Assembly: GCF_032444005.1 (NCBI RefSeq) | Contig: NC_091290.1 | Span: forward strand, 21,204,001-21,268,000 | Reading direction: 5' to 3' | From: Ranitomeya imitator | Lineage: Eukaryota | DNA: 64,000 bases | Part shown: in pieces, positions 46,901 to 57,019 of the stretch | Layout of the letters: the number at the start of each line of letters is the position of its first letter | Position numbering within the stretch: the first letter of the stretch is position 1 | Notes under the pieces: generated by a model | What the model saw: only the letters and a program-made list of their open reading frames with translations | Told to the model about the DNA's origin: nothing | Databases searched by the model: none | Position numbers and translations under genes: made by a program

Positions 46901-49900
46901 ACATGACAGCCGCCAAGACCCTTGCGAACACTCTGGGTGCGGTAGCAAAGCCGAAGGGCAAGGTCGTGACTTGAAAATGCTGTTCGCAAATGGAAAAAAA
47001 GCGAAGGAATTTTTGAAGAGGGGAAAAATAGGAATGTGAAGGCAAGGATCCCAAAAGTCGATAGATGCCAGAAACTCCACCTTTTTCCATTGAAGTAATG
47101 GCTGAGCAGAGGAACTCCATCCGAAGAAGGACCTTGTCAAGCTTGTTAGAAGTTTGAGGTCCAGGATCGGTCTTACTTTTCGGTCCCCTTTTTGGAACCA
47201 AGATCCCCTAGATCTAGCCTGTCCTGGACAACCCTACCACTGCTGGTTGGGTCTATAGGAAACACGCGATCCTTTGTTCCTGCGTAAGGAACGCTCTCAA
47301 CTTCTCACCGAATAACCGACCACTCTGGTAAGGGAGTGATGCCGGAGGCTTTTTGACCGCAGAGTACGCTTCCATTCTCTGAGATAATGCCCTACTGAGT
47401 GTAATGGCATTTGCTGCTGACACCGCCGCGCAACAAGCCGCATCCAGGAAGCGTCAACCACAGACTCTCGCTCAAGAGATTTGATTGACCAGCTGTACAG
47501 TCTATGGAAAAAGGTTACTGTTGTGAATCAAAGTAGTTAAGGTCTCCGACCAGGAGACCATTGCTCTAACAACCCATGCGGTGGCTAAGGGAGCGTAGAT
47601 CGCTGAACCAGAGGCCGCAAGACAGAACAAACCAGATTTGCCATCTGACAGTCTGTGGTACTTTTAATTGATGACCCATCGGGAAGGGATACTGGTAGGT
47701 ATACCACAGGAGATTCTACCCGGTTAATCGGCCAAGTGGCAGAATGCGCAGCTGCATCCAGCAGGTCAGGAAAAATCCATCTCTTGCCATTGCCGCTCTC
47801 TTGATGCTGCAGAGTTAAAAATGATGAACCCTCGATCCACCATCCTCTTAACAGGGAAGTGGACAGGGATCTTCTGGCTTCTTGCATCATCTGCTAAATA
47901 GTGGTGATGCAGAGGGGGTGCTCGGACGCCAAAAAGGGTGCCTCTGCACATCCACAGAGTTCAAGTCCCCGTGTGGACAGGGCTGGTTGTCCAGCGTCAG
48001 GCCTGGCTGCAGAAGAGGATACATGGAGGCGACACTTCATGTGCTCGTCTGTTGATGGTGTGGGGAGATCGGTGCCCTTTTAAAAGCACCCGTCGCCCCT
48101 AAAAATCAGACCAGGCATGGCATCCCACGTCGTAGGGGGTATACGTGGAGGGGACACCCCACGTGTTTGCATATTGGCTGAAAAAGGATACCGTGCTTGA
48201 AGAGGCTTCTGTCCAGTGAATCGCTTATCCGGACGCTCCCTGTCCGGGTGAATGGCAAATGCTCTGCTGGGAGTTTAGTTTCCTCATGAGGGACGCTGCG
48301 TGATCTAGAGCAGAACAGGAGTCCTCATCAATCTACAGAGATTGGTTGATTATATAAATAGGTGAATCCATCCTTTTCTGAAGCTCTGGCGAGTCCTGAT
48401 CCAAGTCAATATCAGACCCATATTTGGAGTCTTGTTCTCAGCAAATCATTGGTGAGGGAGATAAGGAAATGAAGTTTCCGTTTTCTAGATGCCTGTACGT
48501 TTCTAGAATACTTGCGGCCCCTGCTAGCTGACGGCTCCCATGTAGGAGAGGGACAATGTATATCGGTCCTGCGAGCACTCCGAGCCACAGAGGGTACACA
48601 TCTCTTTGTCAGAGAAGCCATGGATTGCGGTCAGTGACGAAGCCCACTCAGGGAACTAGGTATTCTGGGATAAGCTGGGATCGGTGGCGGAGGGCTCATG
48701 AGCTCATTTAGGGTGACCAGCTACGGACCGGTCAAGTGCCTTTAAGACCAGGGAATGCTGGTCATGCGCCTTTAAGTGCAGGGGGAAAATGCAGGGGAGG
48801 GAACAGTACTTCCTAACCTGTGTACTGATGTTGCAGCGTCATTGTGCCCCTTTAAGGGAAAACAGTCGCCCCTGTGTGAGCCGGCCGGGTGGACCAAGAT
48901 GGCCACCAGGAGGTGGTTAAGTCGCGCAAAGAGCGAGAGGCGCCAATTTGGGGGGCGGAGCCACAGACGTGATGTGGGTGAAGCCTCCTGACTTCCATGA
49001 ATAGGCCCAAGCCGGGGCCTAAATTTCTGCAGCCAGCGGGAGCAATTGGAAGTGAGGGGCGTTGAAGTGGCCGAGAAAAGCGAGCGCTCCCGTGACAAGC
49101 GAGAAACGCCAGAAAAGTGGGCGGAGCCTCCTTAGCACGCCATACTGCAGGCACTGCTTCCGGCCTACACATCGGCCGAAGCCGGGGGCTAAATTTCTGC
49201 AGCCGGCCGCAGCGTTATCTCAAGGAGGTGGGCCACAGGGAAGCCATGGCTGAGGTTGCCTGTCAGCATGTGAATATCCCACTGCAGAGGCCCACCGCTG
49301 ACTGGATCCACTCACCATCGGTGCACGTCCCGGAATGGAGCCGCCGCGGATGACTGGGTTTCAGTACCCAGGAAAGCGCACGCACTCTACTGTTCTGCTG
49401 CAGGTCAGGTATTGCAGCGTGGACGGTGCAGGGATAAAGGGGTAAACCTCAATTCATCATCCCTTTGTTAGTTTGTTAGGGAGGTGGAGAGGAACTGTCC
49501 ACCTCCTTGTACCATCCGCTTTAACAGTGGTGGGACAGTGGGAGCTGGTCGGATGCCGAAGACAGGGTGCCTCTGTACCCAGGGCCAGTTGTCCAGCATT
49601 AGACCAGGCTGCAGAAGAGGATACGTGCGGGGAGATCGGTGCCCTTGAAGGGACCCATCGCCCCTAAAAATCAGCTCAGGCGTGGCACGTCGCAGGAGAG
49701 GATACAGAGAGGCAACACTCGCCGTGCTCGCCTGTTGATGGTTCGGGGAGATTGGAGCCTTGCAAGGATCCATCGCCCCATTCGTCCGTGGAAAAATTAA
49801 AAGGTAAAAGTTAAACAGTAAAATAATAAAAGAATTTGGGGTCTGAATAGCAGACCCGTGTGCCTCCTACGGACACACGGGTAAGTTCACACAGGGTGTT

Positions 49901-52900
49901 TTGCGGCTTTTTTTTCTGCAGCAAAACCCGATCTTCTTGGCAGGAAACAAGGTGCGTCAAAAACGCAGGTTTAGGTGCGTTTTTTTCTCTTTGTCCAGGC
50001 TAATGACCTTGGATTTTCAGCAGCAAATAACGATACCTGCGTTTTTGCTGCGTTTTTCTTAACACCCATTCAAGTCAATGGGTGAAAAAAAACGCAGCAA
50101 AAACGCCGAAAGAAGTGACATGCTCTATGTCCAAAAAACGCAGCAAAGCACAAAATACTGATCAAACAAAAACCCAATGTGTGTGCATGAGATTTCTGAA
50201 ATCTCATAGGCTTTGCTGGTACTGTAAAAAGCAGCTGAAAATTAGCATAAAAAAAAAAAGACGCAGCAAAAACGCCCTGTGCGAACTTACCCTAAGCAAG
50301 AACTGGTTCTCTGAGAGCCAGCAGGGGGGTGTATACTGCAGGGGAGGAGACCACTTTCTTTGTATCACTTAGTGTCAGCAGCATACACCCATGGTCTGTC
50401 TCCCCCAATGAGGCGAAGGAGAGAAAAAAAAAATGTGCAGAATATATACCGTATTTTTCAGACCATAAGGCGCACCCCAAATTTGGGGTGAAAATTGCAG
50501 AAAAATAAGATTTTTTATAAGATGGGGGTCTGTCTTATTGTCCGAATTTACAGTATCTTACCTGAGGGCTGGCGGTGGCAGAGCAGGGTCACAGGAGGTA
50601 TGGTGTCGGCAGAGGTGAGGAGGTGCTGGGATGAGGAGGTGCTGGGATGAGGAGGCGCAGTGAGAGGCATGGCGTGAGAGGGGTCCCTTTCCCCGGTATG
50701 GTGATGCAGCAGCCCGGTAAGCAGCAGAGCCGGTTGAATCCTGCGGTGGCAGAGGTGTGGCGGCAGAGGAGGCGCAGTAAGCGGGGTCCCTTTCTCCGGT
50801 GAGGTGATGCAGCAGCCCGGTAAGCAGCAGAGCCGGGTGAATCCTGTTGTTATCGGTGGGGGCGGCCATCTTCCTGAGGCCGCGCGTGCGCAGATGGAGC
50901 GCTCTGCTTCCCGGGGCTTCAGGAAAATGGCCGTGGGAGGCCGCGCGTGCGCAGATGGAGATCGCAGCGGCCATTTTCCTAAAGCCCCGGGAAGCAGAGC
51001 GCTCCATCTGCGCACGCGCGGCCTCAGGAAAATGGCCGCCACCACCGATAACAACAGGATTCACCCGGCTCTGCTGCTTACCGGGCTGCTGCTTACCGGG
51101 CTGCTGCATCACCTCACCGGAGAAAGGGACCCCGCTTACTGCACCTCCTCTGCCGCCACACCTCTGCCACCGCACCTCTGCCGCTACGGTAAGCCTGTAT
51201 TGCAACTATTAGACGCACCCCCCATTTTGGGGGGGGGGGGGGGGGGGAAAGTGCGTCTTGTAGTCTGAAAAATACGGTAGATAGAATTTTTTTTTGTCAT
51301 TTGAGACCCACAACTTTTATTTTTCCATTTATCGAGCTGTATGAGTTTTTTTCAGGGTGAGATGACATTTTTTATTGATACCAAGTGGCACTGCTGTGAT
51401 TGCGATGATTAAATGTCAGTGTCAGATACTGATATCAGTATTTAAGTGGTTAATGAGCAGTCATCTGATCTATTTCTGGTCGCTGCTGTTAGCGGTGGCT
51501 GCTAGCTGTATAACACAGCCAGCACCAGCCATGTATGGGGAAGCATAAGTCTCAGTACGTTTGAAATCCAGCTTTTCCAGAACCCTGAAGGACAATCTGA
51601 CCCCTGATTCCATGCATCTGGAGAATTAGATACAGCAGTCCGGATGGGAACCCCTGTGCGAGCTATAGGGTGGCCATATTGGCTGTCACCCAGCTTTCCC
51701 AGAAGCAGATGATGCTACTATGATTTCCCTGTAAATTACGGTAACATTTTTCACAGCTGCAGTAAGGCGACAACTAAGAATCTCCGAGGAGCCTTCACCT
51801 AAACCTAAACCCTCCTAAGATAGCATTTAGTCATTGCGGCCGCTCGTCATCTTTCCTGCTATTTTTGGCAATACTGATTCCAGCCACAACTAGAAACTCC
51901 GGTCGGGTGAATTAATTACAGGCTGAAACTAATCTGGTCATCGTCATGTGAGCGGTAACACTCGGTGCGCTCATCACATGACACAAGTTTTTATATAAAT
52001 AAATAATAATAAAAAGTACCAACATTAATCATCATATGCTTTAGAACAACTCTCCCACAGCAACCAATCAGAATCCAGCTCTTATTTTTAGAGGCCATTG
52101 GGAAAATGAAAGCAGGGACGTGATTGGTTGCTATGGCAGCTCGTGGGATTCAAGCATCTCAAGTAATATTTCTAGGTCGGACGCTTCGGTCATAAACATA
52201 GTGACGAGTGTATGTGGCGGCACTTACATGACACCAGTTCTGAAGGGACGGCAGGTAGATCCGTCCATGGCTGTCTACGTGCTTTCCAACCCGGATCCCC
52301 ATGTTTTGTGTCGGCTTCAGAAAACAAAGTGGGGGAGCAAACGGATGAGAATCCAGGATCCACAGGCAGATGGGGATGTTATAGAGAGTCCCTGCAAGAC
52401 AATGTTATATAGAATATGAAGAGATAGATATATATTTTACACACACACAAACCTACCCCGAGTGTCAGCGTCATCATCCTGCACCCCGAGTGTCAGCGTC
52501 ATCATCCTGCACCCCGAGTGTCAGCGTCATCATCCTGCACCCCGAGTGTCAGCGTCATCATCCTGCACCCCGAGTGTCAGCGTCATCATCCTGCACCCCG
52601 AGTGTCAGCGACATCATCCTGCACCCCGAGTGTCAGCGACATCATCCTGCACCCCGAGTGTCAGCGTCATCATCCTGCACCCCGAGTGTCAGCGTCATCA
52701 TCCTGCACCCCGAGTGTCAGCGTCATCATCCTGCACCCCGAGTGTCAGCGTCATCATCCTGCACCCCGAGTGTCAGCGTCATCATCCTGCACCCCGAGTG
52801 TCAGCGTCATCATCCTGCACCCCGAGTGTCAGCGTCATCATCCTGCACCCCGAGTGTCAGCGACATCATCCTGCACCCCGAGTGTCAGCGACATCATCCT

Positions 52901-55900
52901 GCACCCCGAGTGTCAGCGTCATCATCCTGCACCCCGAGTGTCAGCGTCATCATCCTGCACCCCGAGTGTCAGCGTCATCATCCTGCACCCCGAGTGTCAG
53001 CGTCATCATCCTGCACCCCGAGTGTCAGCGTCATCATCCTGCACCCCGAGTGTCAGCGTCATCATCCTGCACCCCGAGTGTCAGCGTCATCATCCTGCAC
53101 CCCGAGTGTCAGCGTCATCATCCTGCACCCCGAGTGTCAGCGACATCATCCTGCACCCCGAGTGTCAGCGACATCATCCTGCACCCCGAGTGTCAGCGTC
53201 ATCATCCTGCACCCCGAGTGTCAGCGTCATCATCCTGCACCCCGAGTGTCAGCGTCATCATCCTGCACCCCGAGTGTCAGCGTCATCATCCTGCACCCCG
53301 AGTGTCAGCGTCATCATCCTGCACCCCGAGTGTCAGCGACATCATCCTGCACCCCGAGTGTCAGCGACATCATCCTGCACCCCGAGTGTCAGCGTCATCA
53401 TCCTGCACCCCGAGTGTCAGCGTCATCATCCTGCACCCCGAGTGTCAGCGTCATCATCCTGCACCCCGAGTGTCAGCGTCATCATCCTGCACCCCGAGTG
53501 TCAGCGTCATCATCCTGCACCCCGAGTGTCAGCGTCATCATCCTGCACCCCGAGTGTCAGCGACATCATCCTGCACCCCGAGTGTCAGCGACATCATCCT
53601 GCACCCCGAGTGTCAGCGACATCATCCTGCACCCCGAGTGTCAGCGTCATCATCCTGCACCCCGAGTGTCAGCGTCATCATCCTGCACCCCGAGTGTCAG
53701 CGTCATCATCCTGCACCCCGAGTGTCAGCGTCATCATCCTGCACCCCGAGTGTCAGCTACATCATCCTGCACCCCGAGTGTCAGCTACATCATCCTGCAC
53801 CCCGAGTGTCAGCGACATCATCCTGCAACCCGAGTGTCAGCGACATCATCCTGCACCCCGAGTGTCAGCGACATCATCCTGCACCCCGAGTGTCAGCGAC
53901 ATCATCCTGCACCCCGAGTGTCAGCGACATCATCCTGCACCCCGAGTGTCAGCGTCATCATCCTGCACCCCGAGTGTCAGCGACATCATCCTGCACCCCG
54001 AGTGTCAGCGACATCATCCTGCACCCCGAGTGTCAGCGACATCATCCTGCACCCCGAGTGTCAGCGACATCATCCTGCACCCCGAGTGTCAGCGACATCA
54101 TCCTGCACCCCGAGTGTCGGCGACATCATCCTGCACCCCGAGTGTCGGCGACATCATCCTACACCCAGAGTGTCGGCGACATCATCCTGCACCCCGAGTG
54201 TCGGCGACATCATCCTGCACCCCGAGTGTCAGCGACATCATCCTGCACCCCGAGTGTCAGCGACATCATCCTGCACCCCGAGTGTCAGCGACATCATCCT
54301 GCACCCCGAGTGTCAGCGACATCATCCTGCACCCCGAGTGTCAGCGACATCATCCTGCACCCCGAGTGTCAGCGACATTATCCTGTACCCCCGAGTGTCA
54401 GCGTCATCATCCTGCACCCCGAGTGTCAGCGACATCATCCTGTACCCCCAGTGTCAGCGACATCATCCTGTACCCCCAGTGTCAGCGTCATCATCCTGTA
54501 CCCCGAGCGTCAGTGACATCATCCTGTACCCCAAATATGTGCTCAGCCTCCCTACAGACCCAGGTATACACTAGATCGGGTCTTTATACAGTCAGGTTCT
54601 TGTTCTCATTACCCTGGAATTTCATGGGAACAGTTCCTGAGAGATTCATCAAATCCTTCTGAGATCCATCTGTAAATGCTGAAAATAACATTAAAATTGT
54701 CAATGTTTTTCATTAAATTGTTCCCAAAAAAAAAAAAAAAAAAAGTGCAAATAAAAAGCTTTCCATAAATCTTGCACACATTGCGCAGATCAGGGGACGG
54801 CAGGAATTGGGGCTGAATATCATTTACTGTGCACCAACCTGACCCAAAAGTCTTCTCTGGCAGCCATACGTGGCTTCTCCACCCGAATAGGGGCCGCCTG
54901 CACTGACCCCAAACATACTGAAAAGTCCTCACCTGTCCATTACCTCCAAACAAGGCTCTTCAGGGGGGACCAGTATAGAGGATTCTACTATTGATTCCCA
55001 CTAGGAAAAGAACCCACCAGACAAGACGTGGACTCTACAGCAGGTTTACGAGACCCCCGAACGCAGCGACATCACAGAATCCTATGATAATGAGGCGGAG
55101 TTCCTTACTGTAGGTGTCCACAGAATAGAGGAAGTCGGGGAAGGCGCGGTGCACGTCCTTCAGATCCTCAATAGTCAGGTCTCGGAACTTATACTGGGGG
55201 AAGAAAGGAGGATTAGTTATACCGCGTCCTGACCGCTGCAGCGCTGGCTATCCCCAGTCCTTACAGGCGCAGCGCTGGCTATCCCGCGTCCTGACAGGCG
55301 CAGCGCTGGCTATACCCCGTCCTGACAGGCGCAGCGCTGGTTATACCCCGTCCTGACAGGCGCAGCGCTGGCTATCCCCGGTCCTTACAGGCGCAGCGCT
55401 GGCTATCCCCGGTCCTTACAGGCGCAGCGCTGGCTATCCCCGGTCCTTACAGGCGCAGCACTGGCTATCCCCGGTCCTTACAGGCGCAGCGCTGGCTATC
55501 CCCGGTCCTTACAGGCGCAGCGCTGGCTATCCCCGGTCCTTACAGGCGCAGCGCTGGCTATCACCGGTCCTTACAGGCGCAGCGCTAGCTATCCCCCGTC
55601 CTGACAGGCACAGCGCTGGCTATACAATGTTAGTATCACTATTATACTACACACTTGTAGTCACGTGTTCCCGGTTTCAGTCTAGGACTCATTACATGGA
55701 GTTGTAGTAGTCCTGTGATCAGCCCTCACCTTCCCCCATACAGTGACCCCACACCAGCCCTCACCTTCCCCCCTACTGTGACCCCACACCAGCCCTCACC
55801 TTCCCCCATACAGTGACCTCACACCAGCCCTCACCTTCCCCCATACAGTGACCCCACACCAGCCCTCACCTTCCCCCATACAGTGACCTCACACCAGCCC

Positions 55901-56855
55901 TCACCTTCCCCCATACAGTGACCCTACACCAGCCCTCACCTTCCCCCATACAGTGACCTCACACCAGCCCTCACCTTCCCCCATACAGTGACCCCACACC
56001 AGCCCTCACCTTCCCCCATACAGTGACCTCACACCAGCCCTCACCTTCCCCCATACAGTGACCCTACACCAGCCCTCACCTTCCCCCATACAGTGACCCT
56101 ACACCAGCCCTCACCTTCCCCCATAGTGACCCCACACCAGCCCTCACCTTCCCCCATACAGTGACCCCACACCAGCCCTCACCTTCCCCCATACAGTGAC
56201 CCCACACCAGCCCTCACCTTCCCCCATACAGTGACCCCACACCAGCCCTCACCTTCCCCCTTACAGTGACCCTACACCAGCCCTCACCTCCCCCCATACA
56301 GTGACCCTACACCAGCCCTCACCTTCCCCCATACAGTGACCCCACACCAGCCCTCACCTTCCCCCATACAGTGACCTCACACCAGCCCTCACCTTCCCCC
56401 ATACAGTGACCCCACACCAGCCCTCACCTTCCCCCACACAGTGACCCCACACCAGCCCTCACCTTCCCCCACACAGTGACCCCACACCAGCCCTCACCTT
56501 CCCCCATACAGTGACCCCACACCAGCCCTCACCTTCCCCCATACAGTGACCCCACACCAGCCCTCACCTTCCCCCATACAGTGACCTCACACCAGCCCTC
56601 ACCTTCCCCCATACAGTGACCCCACACCAGCCCTCACCTCCCCCATACAGTGACCCCACACCAGCCCTCACCTCCCCCATACAGTGACCCTACACCAGCC
56701 CTCACCTTCCCCCATACAGTGACCCCACACCAGCCCTCACCTTCCCCCACACAGTGACCCTACACCAGCCCTCACCTCCCCCCATACAGTGACCCCACAC
56801 CAGCCCTCACCTTCACCAGCCGCTGTCTCATCAGATCGGCGCTGATGAACTCCAT
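31766..56855 (-). CDS. UEVLD: UEV and lactate/malate dehydrogenase domain protein (UEV3), complete 12-exon gene, 476 aa
   Basis: complement(join(56811-56855,55109-55193,54613-54678,52228-52391,37962-38097,37780-37880,37411-37519,35366-35536,33168-33341,32692-32779,32482-32605,31766-31933)) = 1431 nt, all GT-AG and in phase; UEV N-terminus plus LDH-like C-terminus. Confidence 0.95.
32482..32605 (-). CDS. UEVLD: UEVLD exon 11
   Basis: [41 protein letters not shown]; 124 nt. Confidence 0.94.
32692..32779 (-). CDS. UEVLD: UEVLD exon 10
   Basis: [30 protein letters not shown]; 88 nt, phase 1 to 2. Confidence 0.85.
33168..33341 (-). CDS. UEVLD: UEVLD exon 9
   Basis: [31 protein letters not shown]...[10 protein letters not shown]; 174 nt. 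Confidence 0.94.
33528..35278 (+). mobile_element. Full-span but degraded Tc1 transposon in UEVLD intron 8
   Basis: 28-bp TIRs CACTGCTCAAAAAAAATAAAGGGAACAC; broken transposase ([16 protein letters not shown] motif); internal insertion at ~34613-34860. Confidence 0.85.
35366..35536 (-). CDS. UEVLD: UEVLD exon 8
   Basis: [32 protein letters not shown]...VLVIASQP; 171 nt. Confidence 0.94.
35964..36117. other. Assembly gap (154 N)
   Basis: Run of N in UEVLD intron 7. Confidence 1.
36750..37357. mobile_element. Probable Penelope-like element termini, including a long inverted repeat at 37007-37357
   Basis: TTGAAAAAGGCTCAGTGAGCCGAAACGTCG and GCGAAACGGCTGTCG resemble Penelope-like pseudo-LTR ends; the family call is from recall only. 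Confidence 0.45.
37411..37519 (-). CDS. UEVLD: UEVLD exon 7
   Basis: [36 protein letters not shown]; 109 nt. Confidence 0.92.
37780..37880 (-). CDS. UEVLD: UEVLD exon 6
   Basis: [34 protein letters not shown]; 101 nt. Confidence 0.93.
37962..38097 (-). CDS. UEVLD: UEVLD exon 5
   Basis: [45 protein letters not shown]; 136 nt. Confidence 0.93.
39077..39305 (-). mobile_element. Short L2/SINE-like 3' end inserted in the DIRS element
   Basis: ATTTATATAGCGCCAACATATTCCGCAGCGCTTTACA terminus, similar to the reverse complement of the L2 tail at ~29800-29830. Confidence 0.55.
39663..40355 (+). mobile_element. 5'-truncated CR1 LINE (RT C-terminus and 3' tail)
   Basis: ORF 39722-40252 ([19 protein letters not shown]...[14 protein letters not shown]...[14 protein letters not shown]); ACTATGTTACTATGT tail. 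Confidence 0.9.
41106..42717 (-). mobile_element. Intact Tc1 (DD34E, IR/DR type) transposon, 1612 bp
   Basis: TA on both sides; 200-bp TIRs (41106-41305 and 42518-42717) with internal direct repeats; uninterrupted transposase ORF. Confidence 0.95.
41384..42388 (-). CDS. Tc1 transposase, 334 aa from MGKTSDLT
   Basis: HTH region, [27 protein letters not shown]; exactly 34 residues between the second D and E; PTKY* end. Confidence 0.93.
   Translation of the reverse strand: MGKTSDLTNVKKAIIDTLKQEGKTQKEISQQIGCSQSAVSRHLNGKSVGRKQCGRKRCTTRRGDRTLRKIVEKDRFQTLGNLRKQWTESGVETSRATVHRRVQEMGYRCRIPQVKPLLNHKQRQRRLTWATEKQHWTVAKWSQVLFSDESKFCMSFGNQGARVWRKTGEKEMPKCLKSSVKYPQSVMVWGAMSAAGVGPLCFIKGRVNAASYQEILEHFMLPSAEMLYGDEDFIFQHDLAPAHSAKTTGKWFTDHGITVLNWPANSPDLNPIENLWDIGKRKLRDARPNTLDELKAAIEASWASITSQQCHRLIASMPRRIEAVISAKGFPTKY
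45313..45817 (-). mobile_element. Non-autonomous Helitron
   Basis: Minus strand reads A|TCTAATATATAA ... hairpin CCCGATTCT-TT-AGAATCGGG ... CTAG|T, the canonical 5' TC, 3' hairpin+CTRR and A-T target. Confidence 0.75.
49879..50292. mobile_element. MITE with GGGTAAGTTC(A/G)CACAGGG TIRs inserted near the DIRS left end
   Basis: Terminal inverted repeats and internal AAAACGCA motifs; superfamily (PIF/Harbinger-like?) uncertain. Confidence 0.7.
50449..51277. mobile_element. Tc1/mariner-pogo-type non-autonomous element with an internal fold-back
   Basis: TA|CCGTATTTTTCAGAC ... GTCTGAAAAATACGG|TA; GC-rich inverted repeat at ~50805-51105. Confidence 0.8.
52228..52391 (-). CDS. UEVLD: UEVLD exon 4
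   Basis: [55 protein letters not shown]; 164 nt. Confidence 0.95.
52455..54530. repeat. 28-bp minisatellite (CCCGAGTGTCAGCG(T/A)CATCATCCTGCAC), ~74 copies, filling UEVLD intron 3
   Basis: Read directly. Confidence 0.97.
54613..54678 (-). CDS. UEVLD: UEVLD exon 3
   Basis: [22 protein letters not shown]; 66 nt. Confidence 0.94.
55109..55193 (-). CDS. UEVLD: UEVLD exon 2
   Basis: [28 protein letters not shown]; 85 nt. Confidence 0.94.
55230..55622. repeat. 31-bp minisatellite (CTTACAGGCGCAGCGCTGGCTATCCCCGGTC), ~12 copies
   Basis: Read directly; UEVLD intron 1, near the exon-2 acceptor. Confidence 0.93.
55720..56812. repeat. 35-bp minisatellite (CAGCCCTCACCTTCCCCCATACAGTGACCCCACAC), ~31 copies, starting at the UEVLD exon-1 donor
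   Basis: Read directly; each unit reads AAG|GTGAGG (occasionally GAG|GTGAGG) on the minus strand. Confidence 0.95.
56811..56855 (-). CDS. UEVLD: UEVLD exon 1 (coding part)
   Basis: [15 protein letters not shown]; GACATGG context, AAG|GTGAGG donor. Confidence 0.88.
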
Positions 56856-57019
56856 GTCTGGTTCTGGCTCCCGGCTTCTCTTCCTGCTTCCTCTGCAGAA
56901 CCCGGGACTGGAGTTACAGGGACTGGGAGGAGCCGCCATCACTGGGTGCAAGACGCCACTCTCCTCCTCCTCAGCTGTATACTGGGCACAACTTCCTCCA
57001 CATGTTTACATTCACTGCA

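Larger units (their letters stand above)
38465..50426 (-). mobile_element. DIRS1-like tyrosine-recombinase retrotransposon, both ends present, defective, interrupted by later insertions
   Basis: Inverted termini plus an internal complementary region at ~38745-38838; RT fragment ([18 protein letters not shown], ~46850-47100); RNase H HIPGVE motif at ~46200; recombinase fragments at ~38950-39650 and ~40360-40900. Confidence 0.85.

Noticed and set aside
46756-49773. Several 60-125-aa ORFs
   Set aside because: Frameshifted gag/RT remnants of the DIRS element or their antisense frames
50548-51268. 120-215-aa ORFs on both strands
   Set aside because: GC-rich inverted repeat inside a MITE
52462-54662. 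Three overlapping ~700-aa ORFs
   Set aside because: A stop-free 28-bp unit read in three frames, antisense within UEVLD intron 3; no coding signal
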